Positions 37,268 to 45,505 of a stretch of 64,000 nucleotides of DNA are shown here, piece by piece; position 1 is the stretch's first letter; the number at the start of each line of letters is the position of its first letter. Origin of the DNA: an uncultured Synergistales bacterium (GTDB lineage: Bacteria > Synergistota > Synergistia > Synergistales > Aminobacteriaceae); contig CAJODZ010000001.1 of the NCBI GenBank assembly GCA_905233645.1, forward strand, positions 64,357-128,356, read 5' to 3'. The translations under genes and the position numbers were made by a program. Below the pieces are notes generated by a model. The model saw only the letters and a list, made by a program, of their open reading frames with translations. It was not told where the DNA came from and did no database searches.

Positions 37268-38551
37268 TTATTTAACAGCGTCAAAACCCTTTTTGAGGTC
37301 GTCAATAATATCATCAATATGTTCAGTTCCGATTGATAATCTGATTGTCGTCGGCTTAATACCGCACGTTAATAATTCCTGTTCACTTAATTGCGAATGC
37401 GTCGTTGAAGCTGGGTGAATGACTAACGATTTTACATCGGCAACGTTGGCTAAGAGTGAGAATAATTCTAAGCTCTCAGTAAATTTTTTAGCCGTCTCTG
37501 CATTACCTTTAATATCAAATGTGAAAATCGAGGCCGCGCCGTTTGGAAAATATTTTTTATATAAATCTAACTGCTTACCTGTTGCTAATGACGGGTGATT
37601 AACGCTTTGAACTTGCGGATGCGCTTTCAAAAATTCAACAACCTTTAATGCGTTAGCAACATGTCTCTCAACTCTGAGCGATAAAGTTTCCAAGCCCTGA
37701 ATAAATAAAAATGCATTGAACGGCGACAAGCAAGCACCTTGATCACGCATAAGCGTCGTTCTTAATTTGATTATATAAGCTAAATCTCCAGCCGCCTGTG
37801 TAAAAATTACTCCGTGATATGAAGGGTTTGGCTTGGATAATCCAGGAAATTTATCATTTTGCGCCCAATTAAAATTTCCGCCGTCAACAACTACGCCGCC
37901 CATTGATGTCCCATGACCGCCAATAAATTTCGTAGCTGAATGTACAACGACATCAACTCCGTATTCAATCGGCCTTAATAAATATGGTGTCGCAAAAGTA
38001 TTATCAACAATGAACGGAATACCATGTTTATGAGCAATGCTCGAAATTTTTTCAAGGTCTATAACGTCTGAATTAGGGTTGCCCAAAGTTTCAGCATATA
38101 ATAATTTTGTATTCGGTTTTATTGCTTTTTCGAAATTTTCAGGATTTGAAGGGTCTACAAAATCGGTCGTAATTCCTTGTTCGGGCAAAGTGTGAGCAAA
38201 TAAATTATAAGTTCCGCCGTAAAGATTTGTTGACGATACGACATGGTCGCCGACTGAAGCAATATTTTGAACAGCATACGTAATAGCCGCTGAACCTGAT
38301 GCTGTTGCGAGAGCTGCTTTACCATTTTCAAGAGCAGCAATACGTTTTTCAAAAACATCATTCGTAGGATTCATGAGCCTTGTATAAATATTACCAGGTA
38401 CTGTCAAAGCAAATCGTCCTGCTGCTGTGTCTGAATCTTTAAAAACATATGACGTTGTTGCGTAAATTGGTACTGCTCTTGCGTCTGTTGTTGGGTCTGG
38501 GGCTTCTTGGCCTGCGTGTAATTGGATTGTCTCAAATTTATATTTACTCAT
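37268..38551 (-). CDS. metY: O-acetylhomoserine/O-acetylserine sulfhydrylase (PLP-dependent Cys/Met metabolism family)
   Basis: The 427-aa product begins with KFETIQLHAGQ. The PLP-lysine context is HSATKFIGGHGTSMGG, and the C-terminus includes …IRLSIGTEHIDDII. Confidence 0.9.
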   Translation of the reverse strand: MSKYKFETIQLHAGQEAPDPTTDARAVPIYATTSYVFKDSDTAAGRFALTVPGNIYTRLMNPTNDVFEKRIAALENGKAALATASGSAAITYAVQNIASVGDHVVSSTNLYGGTYNLFAHTLPEQGITTDFVDPSNPENFEKAIKPNTKLLYAETLGNPNSDVIDLEKISSIAHKHGIPFIVDNTFATPYLLRPIEYGVDVVVHSATKFIGGHGTSMGGVVVDGGNFNWAQNDKFPGLSKPNPSYHGVIFTQAAGDLAYIIKLRTTLMRDQGACLSPFNAFLFIQGLETLSLRVERHVANALKVVEFLKAHPQVQSVNHPSLATGKQLDLYKKYFPNGAASIFTFDIKGNAETAKKFTESLELFSLLANVADVKSLVIHPASTTHSQLSEQELLTCGIKPTTIRLSIGTEHIDDIIDDLKKGFDAVK

Positions 38552-38641
38552 TCTTAAAAATGCCTCCTGTTAATTTTTAAACATACCTTTTAAGTAAGTT
38601 ATAGCGAAAGATTTTAATGGCGCGAAAATATTTTTGCAAGA

Positions 38642-39094
38642 TTATTTTAATGCGGCCTCAAGAGCTTTTAATCCGTCTGCTGCATGAGTATTACTGACAA
38701 CACACATTACTGAGCTTGGCGTTGAGTTTATGATTTCGATATTGACACCGGCAGAAGCTAACGTTGAGAAAATTTTTGCTAACGTTTTTGCTGCGTCTCC
38801 TGAGTTTTCAATATCGACACGTATTGTGGCTATCTCTGTTGCGAACGAGACACCTTGACCGCTTAATTTTTCACATAAGTCGCGGCAAATTCTATTCGCA
38901 TCGTCGAGCCTGTCTTTGTTAATTAAGAATGACAAATCTGAACGCCCGCCCCTCATTGTATTTTGAGTAACCATTTCGACGGCTATTTCATGTTCAGAAA
39001 GTTTTTTAAAAACTCCGGCGGCAATACCTGGTACATTTGGAAGGCCGAGAAAAATTACATGCACGCATTCAGAATTAAAATATATATTGCTCAA
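38642..39094 (-). CDS. Stand-alone tandem ACT-domain protein (aspartokinase regulatory-domain-like)
   Basis: The 150-aa product has two ACT-like halves (…LPNVPGIAAGVFKKLSEHEIAVEMV… and …AAKTLAKIFSTLASAGVNIEIIN…). It has a TTG start. Confidence 0.65.
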   Translation of the reverse strand: MSNIYFNSECVHVIFLGLPNVPGIAAGVFKKLSEHEIAVEMVTQNTMRGGRSDLSFLINKDRLDDANRICRDLCEKLSGQGVSFATEIATIRVDIENSGDAAKTLAKIFSTLASAGVNIEIINSTPSSVMCVVSNTHAADGLKALEAALK

Positions 39095-39122
39095 GATTAG
39101 AAATACCTCCTAAAAAATTTTT

Positions 39123-39147
39123 TAAGCTATATAGCTTATGATACAAT
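39123..39147. promoter_or_regulatory. 16-bp perfect palindrome adjacent to an extended -10 in the divergent ACT-operon/mrp promoter region
   Basis: TAAGCTATATAGCTTA (39123-39138) is immediately followed by TGaTACAAT (hexamer 39142-39147) on the plus strand. Confidence 0.35.
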
Positions 39148-39226
39148 CATTTTTAAAAATTCCGGCTCAATACTAAAATAATTTTAACTTAATTTCTGAA
39201 ATTTTTTTTATAACAGGGGGAATTTT

Positions 39227-39703
39227 ATGGCCTGCATATATTTTTTCTTGTGGCTGATTTTTAACGGGCGCGTAAACTTTGAGACTTTATTTTTGGGAGT
39301 TATTATCTCCGTCGCTATTGACGTGTTTATTAAAAAAACAATGCGCGTAAGAGTTAGGGGCGGAAGCTTTTTTACAGTCTTGAAATTATTTCCGGGCATG
39401 GTGTTATATTTTTTCGTGCTGCTCTACGGAATTATTAAAGCAAATATAATCATGGTACTTTTAACGCTTTCGCCTAATCCTGAAATTGAGCCTTGTATTA
39501 TAAAAATGCATACACCATTAAAATCACAGGCGGCTCGCGTCACTCTTGCTAATTCAATCACTCTCACTCCTGGCACAATAACAATCTCTCTTGAAGGTAA
39601 TGAATTACTCGTACACGCTCTTAATCATGATATAGCCCGCGGACTTGAGAACTCAATTTTTGAAAAGATTTTAATTTATTTGGAGGGGATTGCTCGTGCA
39701 TGA
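39227..39703 (+). CDS. mrpE: Mrp/Mnh cation:proton antiporter subunit E
   Basis: The 158-aa product has the MnhE-like N-terminus …FFLWLIFNGRVNFETLFLGV… It is first in a tightly overlapping eight-gene cluster. Confidence 0.75.
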   Translation: MACIYFFLWLIFNGRVNFETLFLGVIISVAIDVFIKKTMRVRVRGGSFFTVLKLFPGMVLYFFVLLYGIIKANIIMVLLTLSPNPEIEPCIIKMHTPLKSQAARVTLANSITLTPGTITISLEGNELLVHALNHDIARGLENSIFEKILIYLEGIARA

Positions 39704-40013
39704 AATTGAATATTATTTGCTGGTGTTCTGCGTAATATTTTTATCAGCGACTATATTTTTATGCTTGTTGCGTTCATCGTTAGGGCCGAGATTTACAGAC
39801 AGGATTATTGCGGCAAATATTATCGGGACAAAAGTTATCGCGTTAATTTCGACTTTATCATTGATAATCGGCGAAAGCTATCTCGTTGATATATGCTTAA
39901 TTTACGCGATAATAAGTTTTATAGCTCTGGTTGTCCTTGCCCGTTCGGTGATAGCTCATAAAAACGAACAAGAAGACTTTTTCAGGGAGGTCATCGAAAA
40001 ACAAAATGCTTAG
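39690..40013 (+). CDS. mrpF: Mrp/Mnh antiporter subunit F
   Basis: The 107-aa product has three TM segments and the MnhF-like motif …LGPRFTDRIIAANIIGTK…. It overlaps its neighbours. Confidence 0.75.
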   Translation: MLVHEIEYYLLVFCVIFLSATIFLCLLRSSLGPRFTDRIIAANIIGTKVIALISTLSLIIGESYLVDICLIYAIISFIALVVLARSVIAHKNEQEDFFREVIEKQNA

Positions 40014-40347
40014 AGTAATTTTCGCCGGCATATTTTTATTATCAGGGTTATTCATTTTAGGGACGGCGACATTTGGAATTTTCAGATTTAGCACAATGTT
40101 AAACAGAGTTCACGTTGCGGCTAAGTGCGATACTTTGGGAGTGCTTTTAATTTTGACGGGCTTAATAATAGTTTCGGGCTTAAATATTTTCTCGTTCAAA
40201 TTATTTATGGTCTTGTTATTTTTATGGCTCAGTAATCCCGTAGCAAGTCATTTAACAGCACGCGCCGAAGTCAGAACAAATCCAAATTTATATGATACGT
40301 GCGATTTTTTCACATTGGAGGAGCTTAAACAAGATGATAATAATTGA
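40006..40347 (+). CDS. mrpG: Mrp/Mnh antiporter subunit G
   Basis: The 113-aa product has the MnhG-like motifs …GIFRFSTMLNRVHVAAKCDTLG… and …NPVASHLTARA. Confidence 0.8.
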   Translation: MLRVIFAGIFLLSGLFILGTATFGIFRFSTMLNRVHVAAKCDTLGVLLILTGLIIVSGLNIFSFKLFMVLLFLWLSNPVASHLTARAEVRTNPNLYDTCDFFTLEELKQDDNN

Positions 40348-40606
40348 ATATATGCTCTTAACATTTTTAATCGTCTGTGCCTTGTCAGTGTCAATATCTA
40401 AAAATTTATTGAACTCCGTAATTATTTTCATGAGTTACAGTTTAATCATGGCCGTAATTTGGGTTTTATTGCGTTCACCGGATTTAGCGATAACAGAAGC
40501 GGCTGTCGGTGCAGGAGTAACGAGCGTTTTATTTTTCATAGCACTGCGTCGTCTTGCTCAAATGCGTGAACATTTTAGAAAGGAGACCAACCAAGAAATT
40601 GAATGA
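40334..40606 (+). CDS. Small MnhB-related membrane subunit (DUF4040/MbhD-like)
   Basis: The preferred start is ATG 40334 (MIIIEYMLL…), which overlaps the mrpG stop. The motif …SPDLAITEAAVGAGVTSVLF… is typical of the MrpA-C/MbhD-type segment. The ORF-track start at 40292 lies inside mrpG. Confidence 0.6.
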   Translation: MIIIEYMLLTFLIVCALSVSISKNLLNSVIIFMSYSLIMAVIWVLLRSPDLAITEAAVGAGVTSVLFFIALRRLAQMREHFRKETNQEIE

Positions 40607-41603
40607 CGAGATAAAAATTATTTGGCTAAAATTTTTTAATTGGGTTATGGGAAACGGCCCTCGCCCCGAAAATGAGATTATCCCTCCTGAATTGCCGCCG
40701 GATTTGCCGTTTACTAGAACTCCTGATAAAAAACACTCGCGCTTTCATGAAATAACAATAAGCGAACGCTTAATTCAATGGTTAAGCTTACACGGCCTTC
40801 ATGTTTTTGCGAATTTTTATAATATATTGAGCATTATCGTCTGCTTACTCATAATCGCTTTAATGTTAATGACCGTTGCAGATTTGCCGCCTTTTGGAGA
40901 TTTTCATAACCCAGCCAATAATGAAGTTGTTGAAAGATATATCAAGGCCGGTGCTCGTGAAACTGGTGCGGAAAATATTGTAGCCGGAATGATTTTAGAT
41001 TACAGAGCGTTTGATACGTTCGGGGAGTCTGCTGTTTTATTCACTGGAGCAATAACGGTGTTGATGATTTTAGGAACGTCCGTTAAAAAAGATAAGAGCG
41101 AATTAAAACGCTTGCACTTAAAAACACATTCGGGCTTTGAGGACAGAAATTTTTTAGCGTTCGCCCCGTCGTTGCATATTTATAGAGACGATGACGCAAT
41201 TTTAAGAGGTGTCGCGTCGCTCTCAATTCCGGTAATAATTATTATGGGTTGCGTCGTGATTATAAGCGGTCATTTAACACCAGGCGGCGGATTTTCAGGC
41301 GGAGCAATTTTGAGTACAGCACTTATTTTATGCGCGAATGCGTATGGCTTTATAAAAGTTCATGAATTTTTCAGCGAGCGGACTTTTATAGTGTCGAGTT
41401 CAAGCGCGTTGAGTATTTATGCTTTGGCGAAAGGCTATTCATTTTTAACGGGAGCTAATCATATAAATTCAGGTATTCCAATAGGGACGATTGGCGATAT
41501 TTTTAGTGCGGGTTTAATTTTGCCGTTAAATATATGCGTCGGGATTGTCGTTGCTGGAACGCTGTACGGTTTTTACGCTTTATTCAGTGAAGGAGAAATT
41601 TAA
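40554..41603 (+). CDS. mrpB: MnhB/MrpB-domain membrane subunit (MbhE/F-like fusion); start codon uncertain
   Basis: It contains …VAGMILDYRAFDTFGES… and …GHLTPGGGFSGGAILSTAL…, both hallmarks of MnhB-type proteins. A TTG at about 40598 overlapping the previous stop is an alternative start. Confidence 0.7.
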   Translation: MLKCVNILERRPTKKLNDEIKIIWLKFFNWVMGNGPRPENEIIPPELPPDLPFTRTPDKKHSRFHEITISERLIQWLSLHGLHVFANFYNILSIIVCLLIIALMLMTVADLPPFGDFHNPANNEVVERYIKAGARETGAENIVAGMILDYRAFDTFGESAVLFTGAITVLMILGTSVKKDKSELKRLHLKTHSGFEDRNFLAFAPSLHIYRDDDAILRGVASLSIPVIIIMGCVVIISGHLTPGGGFSGGAILSTALILCANAYGFIKVHEFFSERTFIVSSSSALSIYALAKGYSFLTGANHINSGIPIGTIGDIFSAGLILPLNICVGIVVAGTLYGFYALFSEGEI

Positions 41604-41609
41604 AATCCC

Positions 41610-42044
41610 ATGTTCACGAAATTATTATTAAATCATTATGAGGCGGCGGCTGTAATTTTATCAGGTATAGGGCTTGCGAATTTATTACTGCAAAAAAACA
41701 TGATTAAAAAAATTATCGGCCTTAATATCATGGACACAGCGGCATATTTATTTCTAGCGGCTAAAGGTTGGGTCGCAGGACGGGAAGCACCGATTTTATT
41801 GCAAGATATAAACGGCGAATGGATTACAAGAGTTGACACATATGTAAATCCTGTTCCGGCCGGTTTAGTCTTAACTGGGATTGTTGTATCGGTCAGTGTA
41901 ACGGCGGTCGCTTTATCTTTAACGTTAAAGCTTTATGAAAAATACGGGACGTTAAATATTGACGAGGCTTTATTAGCTATGACCGAAGAGCAAAAGATAC
42001 ATGAGGCCATTTCAGAACATGCTAACGAGGAAATTGCAATATGA
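41610..42044 (+). CDS. mrpC: Mrp antiporter subunit C (NuoK-like)
   Basis: The 144-aa product has three TM segments and the MnhC-like motif …IIGLNIMDTAAYLFL…. Confidence 0.75.
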   Translation: MFTKLLLNHYEAAAVILSGIGLANLLLQKNMIKKIIGLNIMDTAAYLFLAAKGWVAGREAPILLQDINGEWITRVDTYVNPVPAGLVLTGIVVSVSVTAVALSLTLKLYEKYGTLNIDEALLAMTEEQKIHEAISEHANEEIAI

Positions 42045-43546
42045 ATTTAGATTTTATCGCTTATAACACGCCGTTTATCAGTATATTTTTAATGATGGCG
42101 GCTGCTATTATCACACCGATTATCCCTCAAGAAAAGAGACTTCCTGAAAAATTTTCGTGCTTGTGCATTTTTATAAATATTATTTTGTCGGGGTATCTTG
42201 TTTATTTTTTAGCTACTGCTCCCGAAAATATAGGCTTTAATTATCCGGTTGGGCATTTTCCAGCACCATGGGGTAATGAATTACGTGCGGGCTTATTGGA
42301 GGCGGTTTTAGCTTTAATTTTTTGTGTCGCGATGTTTTTATCGGTAACGGGAAATTTTTATGACACTGTGAATGAGATTTCAGCGCGGCGGAGACAAATT
42401 TTAAGCGTTTTAATCAATTTATTAACGGCGGCTCTACTTGCTTTAACATACACTAACGATATTTTTACGGCCTATGTTTTTATCGAGATTAACACTATTG
42501 CGGCGTGTGCCATTGTTGCTGTTAAAGAGACCGGCGGAACGATAAGAGCTGCATTACGTTACATGGTGATGAGCCTTGTTGGTTCAGGAATAATTTTATT
42601 GTCGATATGTTTGCTTTACGGCTTAACCGGTCATTTGCTTATGCAATACATGCGTTTAAAAATTAGTGAGCTTGTCAAAACAGGGATGTATGATTTGCCG
42701 TTATTAGTATCTGTAGCATTTATGACATCTGGTTTAGCAGTGAAAAGCGCGTTATATCCTTTTTGTTTTTGGCTGCCTGATGCTCATGGAAATTCGATAA
42801 ATGTTTCGAGCGCAATTCTTTCCGGTTTAGTTTTAAAGGGTCATATTTTTTTAATCATCAAAGTATTCTTCCGTGTCTTTGGCCTTGATGTTATTTCCGC
42901 ATTAAGAATGGACATTGTAATTTTTATACTTGGTTGTGCGGCGATAATAATGGGGTCTGTTCACGCTTTAAAACAATCAAATATAAAACGTTTAATTGCC
43001 TGGTCATCAGTAGCGCAAGTCGGATATATTTTTTTAGGCTTAGGATTAAATTCAGAAATTGGCATTGCGGCGGCGTGTCTTCACATAGTCGTACACTCGT
43101 TAATAAAGCCGATGCTATTCACATCAGCCGGAGGTTTAAGCAACATGGCCGGACATAATAAAAATTTACACGATTTGGCCGGAACGTTTTATTTAAATAA
43201 ATCGGCTGGAACAGCTTTTATAGTTGGTGCATGTTCAATGATTGGCATTCCGGCGTTTGCAGGTTTTGCGTCAAAATTTGCATTAACGGCGGCTTCATTT
43301 GAAAGTAATTTAATGATATTTGCTGTTGCCGCGTTGGGAGCAAGTTCGCTTTTAAATGCTTTATATTACATTCCTGCTGTTCTAGTAATTTTTGCGCGCG
43401 GTAAAAATAATAATCTTGAAAAAATAAAACTTCCGTTATCATTTCATGTTTCGATTTGGATTTTCATAGCGTTAAATTTTTTAATCGGTCTGGCATTTAT
43501 TCCGTTATTAAATTTAATTACAAAAGGAGTGAGCGTCTTTGGATAG
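42041..43546 (+). CDS. mrpD: Mrp antiporter subunit D (NuoN/NuoM-like proton-pumping subunit)
   Basis: The 501-aa polytopic product has proton-antiporter family motifs (…FWLPDAHGN…, …KRLIAWSSVAQVGYI…). Confidence 0.85.
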   Translation: MNLDFIAYNTPFISIFLMMAAAIITPIIPQEKRLPEKFSCLCIFINIILSGYLVYFLATAPENIGFNYPVGHFPAPWGNELRAGLLEAVLALIFCVAMFLSVTGNFYDTVNEISARRRQILSVLINLLTAALLALTYTNDIFTAYVFIEINTIAACAIVAVKETGGTIRAALRYMVMSLVGSGIILLSICLLYGLTGHLLMQYMRLKISELVKTGMYDLPLLVSVAFMTSGLAVKSALYPFCFWLPDAHGNSINVSSAILSGLVLKGHIFLIIKVFFRVFGLDVISALRMDIVIFILGCAAIIMGSVHALKQSNIKRLIAWSSVAQVGYIFLGLGLNSEIGIAAACLHIVVHSLIKPMLFTSAGGLSNMAGHNKNLHDLAGTFYLNKSAGTAFIVGACSMIGIPAFAGFASKFALTAASFESNLMIFAVAALGASSLLNALYYIPAVLVIFARGKNNNLEKIKLPLSFHVSIWIFIALNFLIGLAFIPLLNLITKGVSVFG

Positions 43547-45026
43547 CATGAGCGTAATAAATTTATTGCCTGTGATTTTTCCTGTGATAGCCAGCTTAGG
43601 ATTATTTTCGAGGAAGCTGGACGAAGATCATCATATTTATGCTGGGGTCATGACTTTTTTAAATTCGATATTTATTATTTACGCAACGATAATTTCAGAC
43701 GGGCATTTAATAATTTTATGGCGCATAAATTCGGAATTGAGCATTGCATTTAAATTTGACGCGGCGGCGAAAGCTTTTTCATGTTTAATAGCATTCATTT
43801 GGCCATTAGTTACGCTTTATGCATTTGAATATTTAAGGCGGCGGCCTCCTGTTGACAGATTTTATGCATTTTTTTTAGCGACGTTCGGGATATTAGTTGG
43901 TGTTGCGAGCGCGGCTAATTTGTTGACGTTGTATTTATTTTACGAACTGATGACGTTTTTGACGTTGCCGTTAGTCATGCATTCACAACAACGTGAAGCG
44001 ATAAGAGGCACAGTCAAATATTTATTATATTCAATCACGGGCGCGGCGATGGCGTTAGGAGGATTTTTCTTTTTGAAAAATTACAGCGTCTCATTGGATT
44101 TTATTCCAGGCGGATTTTTAGATTTGACAAAAATTCAAGCGTCCGGCTCAAAAAATTTAATTTTGACGATAACTTTTATAACACTTTTAGGATTTGGAGC
44201 GAAAGCCGGTCTCGTTCCGTTGCATTCATGGCTTCCTACGGCTCACCCTGTAGCACCAACTCCAGCAAGCGCGGTTTTGTCAGGAATAATTACTAAAGCC
44301 GGTGTCATTGCGATGTTCAGGGTTATATATTTTTCTGTAGGGGCTGAATTTTTGCGTGATACTTGGGTGCAAAGGGCTTTAATTTGCATTTCGCTATTAA
44401 CGATTTTCACGGGGTCAATGATGGCATTTATTGAGAAGCATTTAAAAAAGCGTATTGCCTGGTCATCAGTAAGTCAAGTTTCATACGTTGTATTTGCGAT
44501 GATGTTATTAAATTCAGACGGCTTAACGGGTGCTATTATACAAGTTACGGCTCATGCTATGGCTAAGTCATGTTTATTCTTGAGCGCGGGCGTTGTAATT
44601 TATTTCACAATGCAGGGCAATAATTACCATTACGCTGACCAATTACAGGGCATAGGACGCGAATTACCGATTACGATGACATGTTTTGCGCTTGCTTCAA
44701 TCTCTTTAATCGGCTTACCAATAAGCGGCGGTTTTGTAGGCAAATGGTTTATAGCGTCTGGAGCGTTAGAATTAGGCAACATAGGGATTTTAGGTGTAGC
44801 AATTTTAATGATAAGCGCGCTTTTAACGGCTGGCTATTTGTTTCCGATAATAACTGATGCGTTTTTTCCAGGCGAAGAATACGACTACGGCGGCGTGATA
44901 CCTTTTCACATGCCTTTAACGATGAGAATACCCATTTTATTTTTGAGCGCGGGAGCGATATTAACAGGTTTGTTTGCGAATTTAATAATCAATTTTGTAA
45001 CGCAGCTCATTCACGGAATTTTATAA
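43539..45026 (+). CDS. Second MrpD/MrpA-N-like (NuoL/M/N family) antiporter subunit
   Basis: The 495-aa product carries …LHSWLPTAHPVAPTPASAVLSG… and …KRIAWSSVSQVSYV…. Confidence 0.85.
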   Translation: MDSMSVINLLPVIFPVIASLGLFSRKLDEDHHIYAGVMTFLNSIFIIYATIISDGHLIILWRINSELSIAFKFDAAAKAFSCLIAFIWPLVTLYAFEYLRRRPPVDRFYAFFLATFGILVGVASAANLLTLYLFYELMTFLTLPLVMHSQQREAIRGTVKYLLYSITGAAMALGGFFFLKNYSVSLDFIPGGFLDLTKIQASGSKNLILTITFITLLGFGAKAGLVPLHSWLPTAHPVAPTPASAVLSGIITKAGVIAMFRVIYFSVGAEFLRDTWVQRALICISLLTIFTGSMMAFIEKHLKKRIAWSSVSQVSYVVFAMMLLNSDGLTGAIIQVTAHAMAKSCLFLSAGVVIYFTMQGNNYHYADQLQGIGRELPITMTCFALASISLIGLPISGGFVGKWFIASGALELGNIGILGVAILMISALLTAGYLFPIITDAFFPGEEYDYGGVIPFHMPLTMRIPILFLSAGAILTGLFANLIINFVTQLIHGIL

Positions 45027-45058
45027 ACAGAATTTAAATCGAAAAACTTTTTGAAAAG

Positions 45059-45110
45059 CCCTGAGCAAATTTTTAGCAAGCAATTTTTTATCAGGGTTTT
45101 TTATTTTTTA
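45059..45110 (+). terminator. Possible terminator after the mrp cluster
   Basis: CCCTGA…TCAGGG, with a large 26-nt loop, is followed by TTTTTTATTTTTT. Confidence 0.4.
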
Positions 45111-45117
45111 CGCTCGT

Positions 45118-45217
45118 AAAAAATTTAACACTTTGTTTTTTAAAAAATCTTCACAAAATTTTTCAAGCACTAATTTTTTAAAAGCTTTTTGTAGTTGTAA
45201 ACGTAGTTGCAAAAAAT
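45118..45217 (+). repeat. Intergenic ~100-nt dispersed repeat, copy 5 (forward orientation)
   Basis: AAAAAATTTAACACTTTGTTTTTTAAAAAATC…AAAAGCTTTTTGTAGTTGTAAACGTAGTTGCAAAAAAT. It belongs to the same subfamily as copy 1. Confidence 0.9.
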
Positions 45218-45246
45218 AACAGCTCCCCAAATTTTTAGAGAACTGT
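45208..45246 (-). terminator. Rho-independent terminator at the 3' end of the candidate ncRNA, fused to repeat copy 5
   Basis: The minus-strand RNA reads ACAGUUCUCU-AAAAAUUU-GGGGAGCUGU followed by UAUUUUUU. Three G-U wobbles in the stem would be C-A mismatches on the plus strand. Confidence 0.6.
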
Positions 45247-45505
45247 AAAAATGTGAACTACCGCCACTTATAGAAGATGGCAGCTTCCTTTAGTCCTCCT
45301 AACCTGAATATTTCCTGGCCTTCAGGATTTCGTTTTACAGGGATCAGTTTACAAGGCTATGGGTTTTTTATGAGGCTAACCCTTTCCTACGCTCCATAGG
45401 TACTGTTACCTTACGGGCAACATTTGAAAACCTGCGTGGAATTATACAATACAGGCAATTCACCGCTCACTTAAAGAAGTGAGCGTCTTCTTGCTAGTTA
45501 GTGAT
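45247..45505 (-). ncRNA. Candidate structured non-coding RNA of unknown family (~260 nt); strand assignment tentative
   Basis: No ORF of 60 aa or more exists on either strand. The segment is visibly richer in G+C than the surrounding AT-rich spacers. At least seven local helices are present (listed in the findings). An extended -10 (TGATAAAAT on the minus strand, 45520-45512) lies upstream and a terminator downstream. Confidence 0.45.

Noticed and set aside
45277-45405. 42-codon plus-strand ORF (MAASFSPPNLNISW…) inside the ncRNA candidate
   Set aside because: It has no Shine-Dalgarno sequence upstream, no hydrophobic or toxin-like character, and it overlaps the predicted helices. It is most likely fortuitous.
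45247-45505. The structured segment as SRP RNA, RNase P RNA, tmRNA, 6S RNA, a T-box or a known riboswitch
   Set aside because: CTAAAGGAAGCTGCC superficially resembles the SRP GGAAGCAGCC motif, but the GGAA tetraloop helix and the conserved AGCA are absent. No GAGGAAAGUCC/ACAGAA (RNase P) is present, nor a tRNA-like end or tag ORF (tmRNA), nor long 5'/3' closing-stem pairing (6S), nor a T-box or B12-box sequence. It is therefore left unassigned rather than named.
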